Shown: positions 1-10,231, numbered from the stretch's first letter. The stretch is 61,645 nt of DNA from Candidatus Norongarragalinales archaeon (GCA_038884755.1 JAWABJ010000003.1:1-61645), one strand, 5' to 3'. A program made the numbers and translations. Notes: generated by a model not told the origin, from the letters alone.

Positions 1-205
1 CGCACGCGTTCCATTGAGAACCGGTATAGCAAATGGAATCCTTAGCCAAACGCGCCCAACAATTCGTTGCCTCCACACTCTGCGCAGCTGGAGCAAAAAC
101 AAAACTCCTGAACACAACAAGCCCAATAACCGCAATAAGCAAAACTCCAGCAAGAAGAAACATGTATTCGAAGGCTTCCTGCGCTTTCGAACGGCTCAAA
201 GTCAT
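1..205 (-). CDS. Class III signal peptide (type IV pilin-like) protein, running off the left edge
   Basis: Not in the ORF track. Manual translation from ATG at 205 gives MTLSRSKAQEAFEYMFLLAGVLLIAVIGLVVFRSF..., i.e. the K-A|Q-x3-E-Y motif followed by a hydrophobic helix; the frame is open to the edge. Confidence 0.75.
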   Translation of the reverse strand, partial: MTLSRSKAQEAFEYMFLLAGVLLIAVIGLVVFRSFVFAPAAQSVEATNCWARLAKDSICYTGSQWNAC

Positions 206-246
206 AATAATAGTATTCGATTGAAATTAAAAAACAGAATGAATTT

Positions 247-822
247 TCAACGCTTGCAAACCTTCAAGAAATTTTCGTAAATTTCCTTTCCGTACTGAGT
301 GTGCACGACTTCAGGGTGAAAGAGCGTGCCGTATATGCTTTTAGACTCGTGCTTGAAAGCGTGGATTGCAACGTCCTTGCTGTGCGCCAGCGTCTTGAAG
401 CCTTTTGCTTCAACCACTTCGTCGTTGTGCGAAGCGAATACGGTGAACTTTTCCGGCAGCCCTTCAAACAAGTCATTCGCGTAGTCTACAGTCAATTCCA
501 CGTTCCCGAACTCGGGAGTTTTTGCTGCTTGCACGATCCCACCCAAGCGCAGCGCAATGAATTGCTGGCCGGCGCAAACGCCCAAAACGGGCGTTCCTTT
601 TTCAATCATGGAATCCAAAAACTCGCCGCAATTACCCGCCGTTTCCGCCTCTCCTTTTCCAATTCTCAAAGCCCCGCCGGAAAAAACCAGCCCGTCCACG
701 TCTTCAATTGAAGAAATAGGCGAAGATACGGAAACCATTTTCGTGTCAACGTTCAAATCACGCAACCGCCTGTAAATCAAGTGCCCCCACTGGCTGCCCA
801 AATCGACTACGAAAACTTTCAC
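247..822 (-). CDS. guaAA: GMP synthase, glutamine amidotransferase subunit A
   Basis: VDLGSQ, LGVCAGQQ (catalytic Cys), SHNDEV and FHPEV class I GATase motifs; adjacent to subunit B. Confidence 0.93.
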   Translation of the reverse strand: MKVFVVDLGSQWGHLIYRRLRDLNVDTKMVSVSSPISSIEDVDGLVFSGGALRIGKGEAETAGNCGEFLDSMIEKGTPVLGVCAGQQFIALRLGGIVQAAKTPEFGNVELTVDYANDLFEGLPEKFTVFASHNDEVVEAKGFKTLAHSKDVAIHAFKHESKSIYGTLFHPEVVHTQYGKEIYENFLKVCKR

Positions 823-826
823 TGTT

Positions 827-1777
827 TCACTCCCACTCTATGGTTGCGGGCGGCTTGTTGGTAATGTCGTAAACAACTCGGTTGATTTGCTTGAGTTCGT
901 TAGTCAAGCGTAGAGAAATCCTGTGCAAAACCGTGTGCGGTATTTTGAAGTATTGCGCCGTCATACCGTCGCTCGCTTCCACCGCGCGCACGCCCACGGT
1001 ATAGCCGTAAGCACGGATGTCCCCCTGGACTCCGGTGGATTTCGAATCCAAAAGAACCGCGAAATACTGCCAAGGCAAGTCCATTTCCCCGAATTCGAAC
1101 GCCTTGAACAATTCATCCATTACGATTGCGTTCGCTTCCCTACACAACGCGATTTTCGCGGGAGTAACCTCGCCTATCACGCGAATGGCAAGACCCGGCC
1201 CAGGTGAAGGCTGTTTCCACGCTGGGTCCTTCGGAATCGCAAGTTCTTTCGCTATCGCCCGAACTTCGTCCTTGTACAACTCACGTAGTGGCTCTACGAC
1301 AACCAAGTTCATTTGCTCCGGCAGCCCGCCTACGTTGTGGTGGCTTTTTATCGTGTCGCGAATACCACTCCCGCTTTCAATCCAGTCAGGCGCAATAGTC
1401 CCCTGGATCAGGTATTTGGCGTTCAAACGCTTTGCTTCCTTTTCGAAAATCCGGATGAACATCTCGCCGATTTTCTTGCGCTTTTCCTCTGGATCTACTA
1501 CGCCCTTCAAAGCCGAGAAAAAGTCTTTGGAAGCGTCGACTATCACGATGCTGATGCCCAATTCCTTGAACACCTTCTTGACCTGCTCGACTTCGCCCTT
1601 GCGCAAAAAGCCAGTGTCAACGAAAACGGGCTTGAGTTTCGGGCCCACGGCCCTGTTGGCCAGGACGGCGCACACCGTGGAATCCACTCCCCCCGAAACC
1701 GCGATTATTGTCGTCCCGTCGAGCTTCTTCAACTCTAAAATAGCCTCTTCTATAAACTCGAGGGGATTAAACGCCAT
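827..1777 (-). CDS. guaAB: GMP synthase, ATP pyrophosphatase subunit B
   Basis: SGGVDS PP-loop, IKSHHNVGGLP, PGPGLAIR and C-terminal KPPATIEWE. Confidence 0.96.
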   Translation of the reverse strand: MAFNPLEFIEEAILELKKLDGTTIIAVSGGVDSTVCAVLANRAVGPKLKPVFVDTGFLRKGEVEQVKKVFKELGISIVIVDASKDFFSALKGVVDPEEKRKKIGEMFIRIFEKEAKRLNAKYLIQGTIAPDWIESGSGIRDTIKSHHNVGGLPEQMNLVVVEPLRELYKDEVRAIAKELAIPKDPAWKQPSPGPGLAIRVIGEVTPAKIALCREANAIVMDELFKAFEFGEMDLPWQYFAVLLDSKSTGVQGDIRAYGYTVGVRAVEASDGMTAQYFKIPHTVLHRISLRLTNELKQINRVVYDITNKPPATIEWE

Positions 1778-1837
1778 GCTGAACGCCTCGGAAGGAAAAA
1801 ATAGTCGAGTCCATAATTAAATTCGGTTTCAAGGCTT

Positions 1838-3076
1838 TTAAGCCTTGCACTCTGCCAAAAGTTGCTTTGCGACGGTCAAGCCCTGCAGTCCGTGCTCGCG
1901 AGTCTTCGCCTCGACGCTCACCCTCACCAACGGCTGGGTGTTGGAAGGGCGAATCAAAAACGAGTAGTCGCCGAAAGAAGCTTTCACCCCGTCCAAAGTC
2001 TCCACCCGCTCGGGGTTTTTGCTTTTCACCGCATCCACGAGTTTTGCGAAGTCAACAGGAGCGTTATGCACGTTCTCGCTCAAGAAAACACTCTTGAACT
2101 GCCTCGCGAAATCGTTCAACTCCCCCGCCTTCGACTGCGACAAAAGCGCGGCAAAGTAAATCCCGTCCGAATAGGGCATGTGCTTGAACACCGAATAGTG
2201 CCCGGCTTTTTCAGCCGCGAAATCCGCGTTCAATTCCTCGCCCTTCTTCAACACGAAAACGTCGCCCACCGCCGAGTACTCCACTCTGAAGCCGTTGTCG
2301 CGCAGGAAAACGAAAACCTCGTCCTGCACGTCCAGCGTAAGAACTATCCTGCTCCCCTTCTTTAGAAAATTTACCGCGAAAAACGCGGCGGCAAGACCTG
2401 AATCCACTATCCTCCCCGAATCGACGACAGCACACCTATCTCCATCCCCGTCAAAAGCGAATCCAAGCGAAGGCGTTTTGCGCGTTTCGCTAGCCAACGC
2501 GCCCAAAGCATCGGGCGTGGGTTCGGGAGAGTGCCTTACGAACAGGGGGTCGGGCTGCGAGAAAATCGCTTTTGGAAAAGCGTCTGCAAGCGCGCACGCC
2601 GCGCCGCCGCCCAAATCGAAGACCGCTGCTCCGAATTCCGGCAAGGCGCTCGCGTAAGCCTTCAAAGGCGCCGCGTCTGCATCCGGCGGGGCGGTGCCTT
2701 CCCGAAGTTTTTCCTCGGGAATTTTCTCGAACTCTTGCCGCAAATCCGAAAGCTCTTCCGAATAAAAACAACGCTTTCGCTTCAACGGCTTCAAGCCGCT
2801 GTATTCAGGAGGGTTGTGAGAAGCCGTGAGAGAAGCTCCGAGTTTTTCCGAATTGAAGGCTATCGCGGGAGTAGGCGCAAAGCCTGCGAAAATTTCTTCC
2901 CCTTCAAACCCGCTCAACAAAGCAGCCGCGAGAACCCCGTTGTTCCGCCGGTAATCCATTCCCACGACCAGCGTTTTTGAAAACACTCCTAACGCCTTTC
3001 CCAACGCGAAAAAACGCCCGGGCGTGACGTCCCTGCCGAAAACCCCTCGAACGTCGTAAGCCCTAAACATCGTCAT
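1838..3076 (-). CDS. glmM: Phosphohexomutase, probably phosphoglucosamine mutase
   Basis: FRAYDVRG, TASHNP phosphoserine loop, FDGDGDR metal loop, RPSNTQP. Specificity is inferred from the operon with glmS/glmU. Confidence 0.8.
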   Translation of the reverse strand: MTMFRAYDVRGVFGRDVTPGRFFALGKALGVFSKTLVVGMDYRRNNGVLAAALLSGFEGEEIFAGFAPTPAIAFNSEKLGASLTASHNPPEYSGLKPLKRKRCFYSEELSDLRQEFEKIPEEKLREGTAPPDADAAPLKAYASALPEFGAAVFDLGGGAACALADAFPKAIFSQPDPLFVRHSPEPTPDALGALASETRKTPSLGFAFDGDGDRCAVVDSGRIVDSGLAAAFFAVNFLKKGSRIVLTLDVQDEVFVFLRDNGFRVEYSAVGDVFVLKKGEELNADFAAEKAGHYSVFKHMPYSDGIYFAALLSQSKAGELNDFARQFKSVFLSENVHNAPVDFAKLVDAVKSKNPERVETLDGVKASFGDYSFLIRPSNTQPLVRVSVEAKTREHGLQGLTVAKQLLAECKA

Positions 3077-4304
3077 CGTTTCTCACCACGCTGCCGTCCG
3101 GAACGTTTTCCTTCACAAAAACCCGGGGATAGACTTTGCAATCGCTGCCTATCATCTTCCCGCAAGTTATCGAAACGTTGATTCCTATTTTAGTGCCGCT
3201 GCCTATCACGCAACCGAGTTTTTGCTTGCCGGACGAAACGCTCTTTCCCTTGACCTCCGCAAAAACTATTTTGTTGTCGAAGCGCAAGTTCGCAGTGATG
3301 GCTCCCGCGCCCAGGTTCACGTCCTCGCAAACGACGCTGTCACCAACGTAGTTGAAGTGGGGCGCGTTGGAATTGCTCATGAGAATGCTGTTCTTCAGCT
3401 CGCTGGAACCCACGTGGCAGTTGTCTTCGACAACCGCACCGCGCCTCAAAAAGCAATTTGGGCCGATTGTGCTGTTTTCTCCTATGAAAACCGGCCCTTC
3501 TATCCGCGCCGGGGCGCGGATTACGCTCCCCTCGCCCAAATGCAATTTCCCTTTCACAACCACGCCTTTCTCGACTACACCCCTGCGCTCGTCCTCAAGC
3601 AGGTTTTCGCAAGCAAACTCGCTCGCGGCCAAGTAATTCCAATAGTACCCGACGTCGTTCCAGTATCCCGAAAACTCTTCAATGCGCACCTTGTTTTTTT
3701 CCGAAAAGGAGTTCAACGCATCCGTGAATTCAAGCTCGCCCCTCACCGAAGGTCTGAGCGAATGCAGCGAGGAAAAAAATTCTTTCGGAAGAAACGCGAG
3801 GTTGGTGTTCGCGACTCCCGGCGCCTGCACGCCCGGCTTTTCCACTATTTTCTTCAAAAAACCCTTTTCCGCGATAATCTCGCCGAACGAACTTTTGTCT
3901 GCAACCCGCTTCCCGACCAAAAACCACTCGCCGTCTTTCAAGCCCGAAAACAAGGAAGGGAAAGAGTGCGGGTCGAAAAAGTTGTCTCCGTTCAAAACCA
4001 CGAAACTCCCCCGCACTTCCCGCTCGGCCGCGAGCAACGCGTGGGCGGTTCCTTTCTGCTCCTTCTGCTCAACGAAAGCGATTTTCCCGGAAAAGCGCGA
4101 TTTCGAAAAATGGCTTTCCACGGCTTCTTTCTTGAAGCCCACGACTATGATTATCTTGCTAGCGAACGGCTCCACCCCCTCGACTATCCACTCGAGCAGA
4201 GGTTTTTTCAGAATTCGCACCATGGTTTTGGGGATGTGGTTGGTTATGGGCCAGAGCCTCTCCCCGCGACCGGCGGCTAAAATTACGAAATCCCTTTTTT
4301 CCAT
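3063..4304 (-). CDS. glmU: Bifunctional sugar-1-phosphate nucleotidyltransferase/acetyltransferase (archaeal GlmU-like)
   Basis: LAAGRGERL, EQKGTAHA, NGD, RGELE, then a hexapeptide-repeat domain with HFNYVGDS. Confidence 0.88.
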   Translation of the reverse strand: MEKRDFVILAAGRGERLWPITNHIPKTMVRILKKPLLEWIVEGVEPFASKIIIVVGFKKEAVESHFSKSRFSGKIAFVEQKEQKGTAHALLAAEREVRGSFVVLNGDNFFDPHSFPSLFSGLKDGEWFLVGKRVADKSSFGEIIAEKGFLKKIVEKPGVQAPGVANTNLAFLPKEFFSSLHSLRPSVRGELEFTDALNSFSEKNKVRIEEFSGYWNDVGYYWNYLAASEFACENLLEDERRGVVEKGVVVKGKLHLGEGSVIRAPARIEGPVFIGENSTIGPNCFLRRGAVVEDNCHVGSSELKNSILMSNSNAPHFNYVGDSVVCEDVNLGAGAITANLRFDNKIVFAEVKGKSVSSGKQKLGCVIGSGTKIGINVSITCGKMIGSDCKVYPRVFVKENVPDGSVVRNDDDV

Positions 4305-4316
4305 TCCAAAAACGCC

Positions 4317-6101
4317 TCAACGCACCGTGACGGATTTTGCGAGGTTGCGCGGCTTGTCGGGATTCCTTCCCCGCTCTACCGCGGCATAGTAAGCAAGAAG
4401 CTGCAGGGGAATCGCCTCGACGACCGGATAGAACGCGGGATTGTCGCACGTCGGGATTTTCAGCAGCAAGTCGTAATTCTCGTTTCCGTCGTTTGCAAGG
4501 GCGATGAGCTTCGCGCCCCTGGCCTTCGCCTCGATTCCGTTGTGCAGGCTGTCGGTGAAAGACTCATCCTGGGGGTTGAGCAAAATAACCGGCGTGCCCT
4601 TTTCAATCAAAGCAAGAGTTCCGTGCTTCAGCTCGCCCGAAGCCATGCCTTCAGCGTGGATGTATGAAATTTCCTTGAGCTTCAGCGCACCTTCCAGCGC
4701 AATGGCATAATTGCACGCCCTTCCCAAAAAGTAAGCGTGCTCCCTGAACTTGAACTCTTTCGCCAATTCCCTAACCTTGTCCTTGTTCCATTCTATGCTC
4801 TGTTCCAAAAGCACGCCCAATCCCGCGAAATCGACTTTCTCCCCTTTCGCCGCGAAAGCGAGAAGCAGGAACACGCCAAGCTGGTTGAGAAAACTCTTGG
4901 TCGCAGCAACGCCCACTTCCGGACCGCAATTCAAATACAAACACCGCTCGCTCATCCGGTCCACCGTCGAGCCTACTACGTTGACAATCGAAAAAACCCT
5001 GGCGCCCTTTTCCTTCGCCGCCCGCACGCAGTCCATCACGTCCATCGTTTCCCCGCTCTGCGAAACGGCGACGACGAGCGAATCTTTCGACAAGTGCTTC
5101 GCCTCAAGAGAAAATTCCGAAGCCAAAACCACTTTCAAATCCTTCCCGCACATTTGCTTGAACCAATGCCTTCCCACTAGAGCTGCATGATAGGACGTTC
5201 CGGAAGCGACCACGAAAACCTCTTTCGCGCCCAAAACCTCGCCGGCAAACTCCTTCAAAACCCTCTCGTCCTGGAACGCCGATTGCTTGAACACGTACGG
5301 CTCTTCCATTATTTCCTTCAGCATGAAATGCTCGAACTCCCCCTTCTGCGCCTGGGACGCGCTCCAGTTTATCTCGCTTATTTCCTTTACCAGCTGTCGC
5401 CCGCTCTTGAAGTCGAAAAACCTCATTTCAAAACTGCCGCCAGCCTTGAGGAAAGCCGCCTCGCCGTCGTTCAAAAACACCGCTTTCTTCGTGAAATCCA
5501 AAAACGGGATGCAGTCGCTTGCGGCAAAAAACTCCCCCTCGCCCACGCCTATTATCAAAGGACTTTCGTTCCGCACCGCCGCCATCTCCAAAGGCGCGTC
5601 CTTGCAAACCGCGAGAAAAGCGAAAGAGCCCTTGAGCAACGCGCAAGCCGCCAAAACGGACTTTTCAAAACTCATCCCCGAGTTCAAGCCGTCCTCTATC
5701 AAGTGCGGAATCACTTCGGAATCGGTCTGGGAAGAAAAAGAATGCCCTTTCGCCCGCAACTGTTCCCTGAGCTGCCGGTAATTTTCTATGATTCCGTTGT
5801 GCACCAACGCAACACGCCCGCCGCACGAAACGTGAGGGTGCGCGTTCACTTGAGTCACGCCTCCGTGAGTCGCCCAACGCACGTGCCCGATCGCTACAGA
5901 GCCAGTCAGGTTGGAAAAGCAGACTTGCGAGTTCAGCTCGTCCACCTTGCCAGTATCCTTAAGGATTTTGATGGAATGCGCGCCCCCGTCCACTACGGCG
6001 ACGCCCGCCGAATCGTATCCCCTATACTCCAAAGCCTTAAGCCCGGCGTAAATGACGCTGCCGGCAGTCCTATGCCCCAAGTACCCGATTATCCCGCACA
6101 C
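4317..6101 (-). CDS. glmS: Glutamine--fructose-6-phosphate aminotransferase
   Basis: A GTG start at 6101 gives MCGIIG (Ntn Cys); also LEYRGYDSAG, GHVRWATHG, SQSGET and PRNLAKSVT. Confidence 0.97.
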   Translation of the reverse strand: MCGIIGYLGHRTAGSVIYAGLKALEYRGYDSAGVAVVDGGAHSIKILKDTGKVDELNSQVCFSNLTGSVAIGHVRWATHGGVTQVNAHPHVSCGGRVALVHNGIIENYRQLREQLRAKGHSFSSQTDSEVIPHLIEDGLNSGMSFEKSVLAACALLKGSFAFLAVCKDAPLEMAAVRNESPLIIGVGEGEFFAASDCIPFLDFTKKAVFLNDGEAAFLKAGGSFEMRFFDFKSGRQLVKEISEINWSASQAQKGEFEHFMLKEIMEEPYVFKQSAFQDERVLKEFAGEVLGAKEVFVVASGTSYHAALVGRHWFKQMCGKDLKVVLASEFSLEAKHLSKDSLVVAVSQSGETMDVMDCVRAAKEKGARVFSIVNVVGSTVDRMSERCLYLNCGPEVGVAATKSFLNQLGVFLLLAFAAKGEKVDFAGLGVLLEQSIEWNKDKVRELAKEFKFREHAYFLGRACNYAIALEGALKLKEISYIHAEGMASGELKHGTLALIEKGTPVILLNPQDESFTDSLHNGIEAKARGAKLIALANDGNENYDLLLKIPTCDNPAFYPVVEAIPLQLLAYYAAVERGRNPDKPRNLAKSVTVR

Positions 6102-6284
6102 GAAAAACAACCCTCGTTTTGGATTTCAAAAACACGCCGCTTTTCAGCGCAAAAGCGGCAAAACACTTTCACTCAATTTGCACAGAGGGGTTACGTTCGA
6201 TACAAAAACTATCCCCCCGCCTTTATTTAAACACCGCCCAACGAAAAACCATAAAATCGGATGAAAAAACAATATCTTTTTAAA

Positions 6285-6303
6285 TAATTTCATATGAATA
6301 TTA
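6285..6303. promoter_or_regulatory. Candidate operator palindrome (core TTCATATGAA) directly downstream of a TATA box
   Basis: Perfect 10-bp palindrome at 6289-6298 with imperfect extension, abutting TTTTTAAATA upstream of the HTH regulator gene. Confidence 0.4.
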
Positions 6304-6312
6304 CTAAAATAG

Positions 6313-7236
6313 TTGAATAAAAATCAACCTCCGGTGTTTGGAACGAACGCTAAGCTAGTCATCGAAGACAAGGCGCTGGACTCCAGGATAATCCCGGAAA
6401 AAACGCTCAAGGTTTTTTCCGGAGACAGGCTGCGCATACTCGAAAGCCTTTCCCAAAAGCCGAAATACCCTGCAGAAGTGGCGAAAGAACTGAAAATGCA
6501 TTTGCAGACCGCCTACTACCACTTCAACCTGCTGGAAAAGGCGGGGGTGATAGCGAGGGGCGCGACGGAGGAAAAGCGAGGGGCTCTGGCGAAAAAATTC
6601 TCTTTCGACGCCGACGCACTGTCAGTGGTGATAAACGAAAGCTGGAAACCGTACGCGGGAAAAAAGAAAAAACCGCCGTCGTTCTTCGAGGGTTTCGTGA
6701 AAAACGGGTTGCTCGACGCAAAAATAATAGTCGGAAGCCCGGACCCGCACGGCCCCCACCGCTCGCGTGGAAGCGAACTGTGCGCCATGGAGCTGAGCGC
6801 GCTGCTGGGCGCTTACGCCTCGTTCGAATACCCGCTTTACTACCTCGACACCGAAGCAAGGGAAAGCGTGCTGAGGCAAAACCTCTTTCTTCTCGGCGGA
6901 CCAAAGGTGAATACCGTGCTTGAAAAGGCGAACAGGCACATGCCGGTTTACTTCGACGAAAAATTCGGAGTGGTCTCGAAAGTTTCCGGCAGGAATTATT
7001 CGGAAAACGTGGGCATAATAGAAAGCTTCGAAAGCCCTTTCGCGGAAAACAAGAAAATATTTGCGATCGCAGGCAGCGACCACCACGCCACGCGCGTGGG
7101 AATACTGGCAGTGTTGAAAAAAAGAAAGCAGCTTGAAGGCGGAAACAACTTCGATGCGGGCGTATTCGCGAAAGTCGCGCAAGGCTTCGACGAAGACGGC
7201 GACGGGATTGTGGACGAAGTGGAAATTTTAGAGTGA
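6313..7236 (+). CDS. ArsR-like winged HTH regulator with an uncharacterised C-terminal domain (alternative GTG start at 6334)
   Basis: RLRILESLSQKPKYPAEVAKELKMHLQTAYYHFNLLEKAGVI is an ArsR-type wHTH; the C-terminal domain carries VGSPDPHG and LGGPKVN. Confidence 0.75.
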   Translation: MNKNQPPVFGTNAKLVIEDKALDSRIIPEKTLKVFSGDRLRILESLSQKPKYPAEVAKELKMHLQTAYYHFNLLEKAGVIARGATEEKRGALAKKFSFDADALSVVINESWKPYAGKKKKPPSFFEGFVKNGLLDAKIIVGSPDPHGPHRSRGSELCAMELSALLGAYASFEYPLYYLDTEARESVLRQNLFLLGGPKVNTVLEKANRHMPVYFDEKFGVVSKVSGRNYSENVGIIESFESPFAENKKIFAIAGSDHHATRVGILAVLKKRKQLEGGNNFDAGVFAKVAQGFDEDGDGIVDEVEILE

Positions 7237-7257
7237 AAAAAAAAACGTGAAGGAAAA

Positions 7258-8526
7258 ATGGGAGAAGGCATAATCATCAAAAACGGCTTGGTTGTAGACC
7301 CGACCTCCAAAACCCAGGAAACCAGGAGCATCCGCATAAAAAACGGAAAAATAACCAGCGAAAGCATTTCGAACGCGAAAGAATTCAATGCCGAAGGCTG
7401 CATAGTAATGCCCGGGTGGATTGACCTGCACACGCACACGCGCGACCCCGGATTTACGCACAAGGAAGATTTGGAAAGCGCTAGCAAAGCCGCGATAGCC
7501 GGCGGCTTCGCCTCGATAGTCGCCATGCCCAACACCAAGCCGGTCATAGACAATCCTTCTGCGGTCGATTACGTATTGCAAAAGTCGAAAAACCTCGAAG
7601 CCACCGTATTCTGCGCAGCAGCAATTACCATAGGCCAGACCGGCGAAGAGCTCGTGGACTTCGCCGCGCTGAAAAACGCGGGCGTTGCCTATTTCACAGA
7701 CGACGGCAATCCAGTGCAAGATTCAAAAGTAATGCGAAACGCGTTGGAAGAAGCAAAAAAAACGGGCGTGCTGCTTGCTCAGCACTGCGAAGACAAAAAT
7801 GCGGTGAGGGGATGCGCTTGCGTCGGCGAAGGCGCAGCGAAAAAGCTCGGGTTGAAAGGCTTTCCCCGCGAAGCGGAATTCAACTGCATAGAGCGCGATT
7901 TAAAGCTGGTCGAAGAGCTCGGCGCGAAAGAACATTTCCTGCACATGAGCTTGAAGGAAAGCGTCGACGCAATAGCGAAAGCGAAAAAGAAAGGGCTGCG
8001 CGTGACAGCCGAAGCCACCCCGCACCACTTTACCTTGACCGAACTAGAGCTTTTGAAAAAAGGGACTAACGCGAAAATGAACCCGCCGTTGCGCGAAGAG
8101 AAAGACGCGAAAGCCGTGCTTGACGGGCTCAAGAAAGGCGTTTTCGACGTGATAGGAACAGACCACGCACCTCACACCGCCGAAGAAAAAGTGCAAGGGT
8201 GGGAAAAAGCGCCAAACGGAATCGTCGGGTTAGAAACAGCAGTCGGCCTATGCATAACGCACTTGATTGAAACGAAAATCTTGTCGTGGGTTCAACTTGC
8301 AGAAAAAACCTCGCTCAACCCCGCGAAAATAATCAATTGCGAATCGAAAGGTTCGCTCAAGCCCAGATTCGACGCCGACATCACGATAATCGACCCAGAA
8401 CTCGAGTGGACCGTCGACGCTTCAAAATTCAGGTCGAAATCGCGCAATACGCCGTGGGACGGCGTTACCCTCAAAGGAAAAGCCGTCGCGGTCGTAGCAA
8501 AAGGAGTTTTATACGATTTGCGTTAA
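7258..8526 (+). CDS. pyrC: Dihydroorotase (type I)
   Basis: PGWIDLHTHTRDPG, MPNT, KMNPPLR and TDHAPH. Confidence 0.93.
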   Translation: MGEGIIIKNGLVVDPTSKTQETRSIRIKNGKITSESISNAKEFNAEGCIVMPGWIDLHTHTRDPGFTHKEDLESASKAAIAGGFASIVAMPNTKPVIDNPSAVDYVLQKSKNLEATVFCAAAITIGQTGEELVDFAALKNAGVAYFTDDGNPVQDSKVMRNALEEAKKTGVLLAQHCEDKNAVRGCACVGEGAAKKLGLKGFPREAEFNCIERDLKLVEELGAKEHFLHMSLKESVDAIAKAKKKGLRVTAEATPHHFTLTELELLKKGTNAKMNPPLREEKDAKAVLDGLKKGVFDVIGTDHAPHTAEEKVQGWEKAPNGIVGLETAVGLCITHLIETKILSWVQLAEKTSLNPAKIINCESKGSLKPRFDADITIIDPELEWTVDASKFRSKSRNTPWDGVTLKGKAVAVVAKGVLYDLR

Positions 8527-8544
8527 TTCAAATCCGGTGCGAAA

Positions 8545-9594
8545 ATGAATGAAATAGAAAAAATCTTGTCGGAATACAAGCCGCTAATCGACAGGGCTAT
8601 CGAAAAAAACATTCCGCGAGAGTTCAAAGGCAAGGCGCTCGAACGCATTGCAGGCAAGCCTTCTTACGCTTACGACGAAGCCACGCTGACGAAAGCAGTC
8701 GCAAAGCCTATTTGGGATTTGCTCGACCGGGGTGGAAAACGCTGGAGGCCTGCGCTCGCGATGATGGTTGTCGAAGCACTGGGCAAAAACCCTAAAAACT
8801 TCGTTGAAATAGCCGCGATTTCAGAAATAGTGCACAACGGCACGCTTATGGTGGATGACGTTGAAGACGATTCCGACGAACGGCGGGGAAAAGCGGCAAT
8901 CCACAAGATTTATGGCGAGGATATTGCGATAAACGCCGGCAACTCCATGTACTTCCTGCCCTTGAAAATAATAATGCAATCGCGCTTGCCCGACAAAACG
9001 AAAAACGCGTTGTACGAAGCCTACGCTCAAGAAATGATAAACGTCTCCTTAGGACAGGGAATGGACATCTATTGGCATAGGGGCTTGAAGCAAAGCGTTT
9101 CTGAAAAGGAGTATTTGCAAATGTGCGCTTACAAAACAGGCTGCTTGGCGAGAATGGCCGTCAAAACCGCTGCGATTGTCGCCAACGCAAACGCAAGCCA
9201 GCAAAAGGCGTTAAGCGACTTCTCCGAAGCGATTGGCGTCGCGTTCCAAATCCAAGACGACGCCCTTAACCTTACCGCCAGCGAAGAGTACGGAAAGGAA
9301 ATTGGGGGCGATATAAGCGAAGGGAAAATCACGCTCATGGTCATCTACACGCTGAAGCACTCGCCAGACGCGTTCAGGCTCCAGCAAATACTAAAATCCC
9401 ATACGAAAGACCCTAGGCTGGTTCTGAAAGCCATCGACATCGTAAAAGAATGCGGCGCTATAGACTACGCCCAAGGCTTCGCGAGGAAAATGGTTGAAAG
9501 CGCTTGGGCTAAAGCTGACGCCGTTCTGAAAAACAACGAGGGCAAGCGCAAACTAAAGGCGCTTGCCGACTATTTGGTGGAAAGAAGCTACTGA
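8545..9594 (+). CDS. Polyprenyl diphosphate synthase (GGPP synthase-like)
   Basis: GGKRWRP, first Asp-rich motif LMVDDVEDDSDERRG, KT motif, FQIQDD. Confidence 0.92.
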   Translation: MNEIEKILSEYKPLIDRAIEKNIPREFKGKALERIAGKPSYAYDEATLTKAVAKPIWDLLDRGGKRWRPALAMMVVEALGKNPKNFVEIAAISEIVHNGTLMVDDVEDDSDERRGKAAIHKIYGEDIAINAGNSMYFLPLKIIMQSRLPDKTKNALYEAYAQEMINVSLGQGMDIYWHRGLKQSVSEKEYLQMCAYKTGCLARMAVKTAAIVANANASQQKALSDFSEAIGVAFQIQDDALNLTASEEYGKEIGGDISEGKITLMVIYTLKHSPDAFRLQQILKSHTKDPRLVLKAIDIVKECGAIDYAQGFARKMVESAWAKADAVLKNNEGKRKLKALADYLVERSY

Positions 9595-10223
9595 CCCTCG
9601 CTATTTGCAGTCGCAAGGGGCGTGAACGCAGCCTCGAACTCCTCCTGCTTTTCGGTAAACTCCTCGTTTGCCTTTATCTCCCCGCGCGCCTTCAACACTT
9701 CGCGGGCAAGAATCCAGAAAATCAAGCCAATCGCCTTCCTTCCCTTGTTGTTCGTGGGAACAATCAAGTCAACCATCGAAGGGTTGTTGTTCGTATCGCA
9801 TAAAGCTATGACGGGAACGCTTACGCTGAACGCTTCCTTGACCGCCTGCTTGTCGGTGCTCGGGTCTACCACCAAAACAAGCTTCGGCTCGACGAAATCC
9901 TCTCGCGACGGGTTGGTAAAACGCCCAGGCGTAAACCTTCCAACCAAAGCGTTGAAGCCGGCGACGGAACAGAATTTTTCGATGGGCTGCGCGGCGTTGT
10001 CTTTGTTGGAAACGACGAAAACACCCGACTTGTCGAAAGACGCGAGCAAAACCGCGGCGGCATTCAGCCGCTCGTTCAACTTTTTCAAGTCAAGAACGTG
10101 CAAGCCGTCATCGCGCACCTTGTAAATGAACTCGGCCATCGCGCCGTTTTTGTTGCGCGTTCCAATGTGCGCCCCGGCTTCCAAAAACTTTTCCTGCGGA
10201 ACCAAAAATTCTACTGTAGCCAT
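9588..10223 (-). CDS. rps2: 30S ribosomal protein S2
   Basis: AGAHIG, GRFTPGRFTNP, IALCDTNN, IVPTNNKG; ATG at 10223. Confidence 0.95.
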   Translation of the reverse strand: MATVEFLVPQEKFLEAGAHIGTRNKNGAMAEFIYKVRDDGLHVLDLKKLNERLNAAAVLLASFDKSGVFVVSNKDNAAQPIEKFCSVAGFNALVGRFTPGRFTNPSREDFVEPKLVLVVDPSTDKQAVKEAFSVSVPVIALCDTNNNPSMVDLIVPTNNKGRKAIGLIFWILAREVLKARGEIKANEEFTEKQEEFEAAFTPLATANSEGQ

Positions 10224-10231
10224 GTTCGAAA

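Noticed and set aside
14..280. Plus-strand ORFs 14-280 and 33-224
   Set aside because: Antisense shadows of the minus-strand pilin-like ORF.
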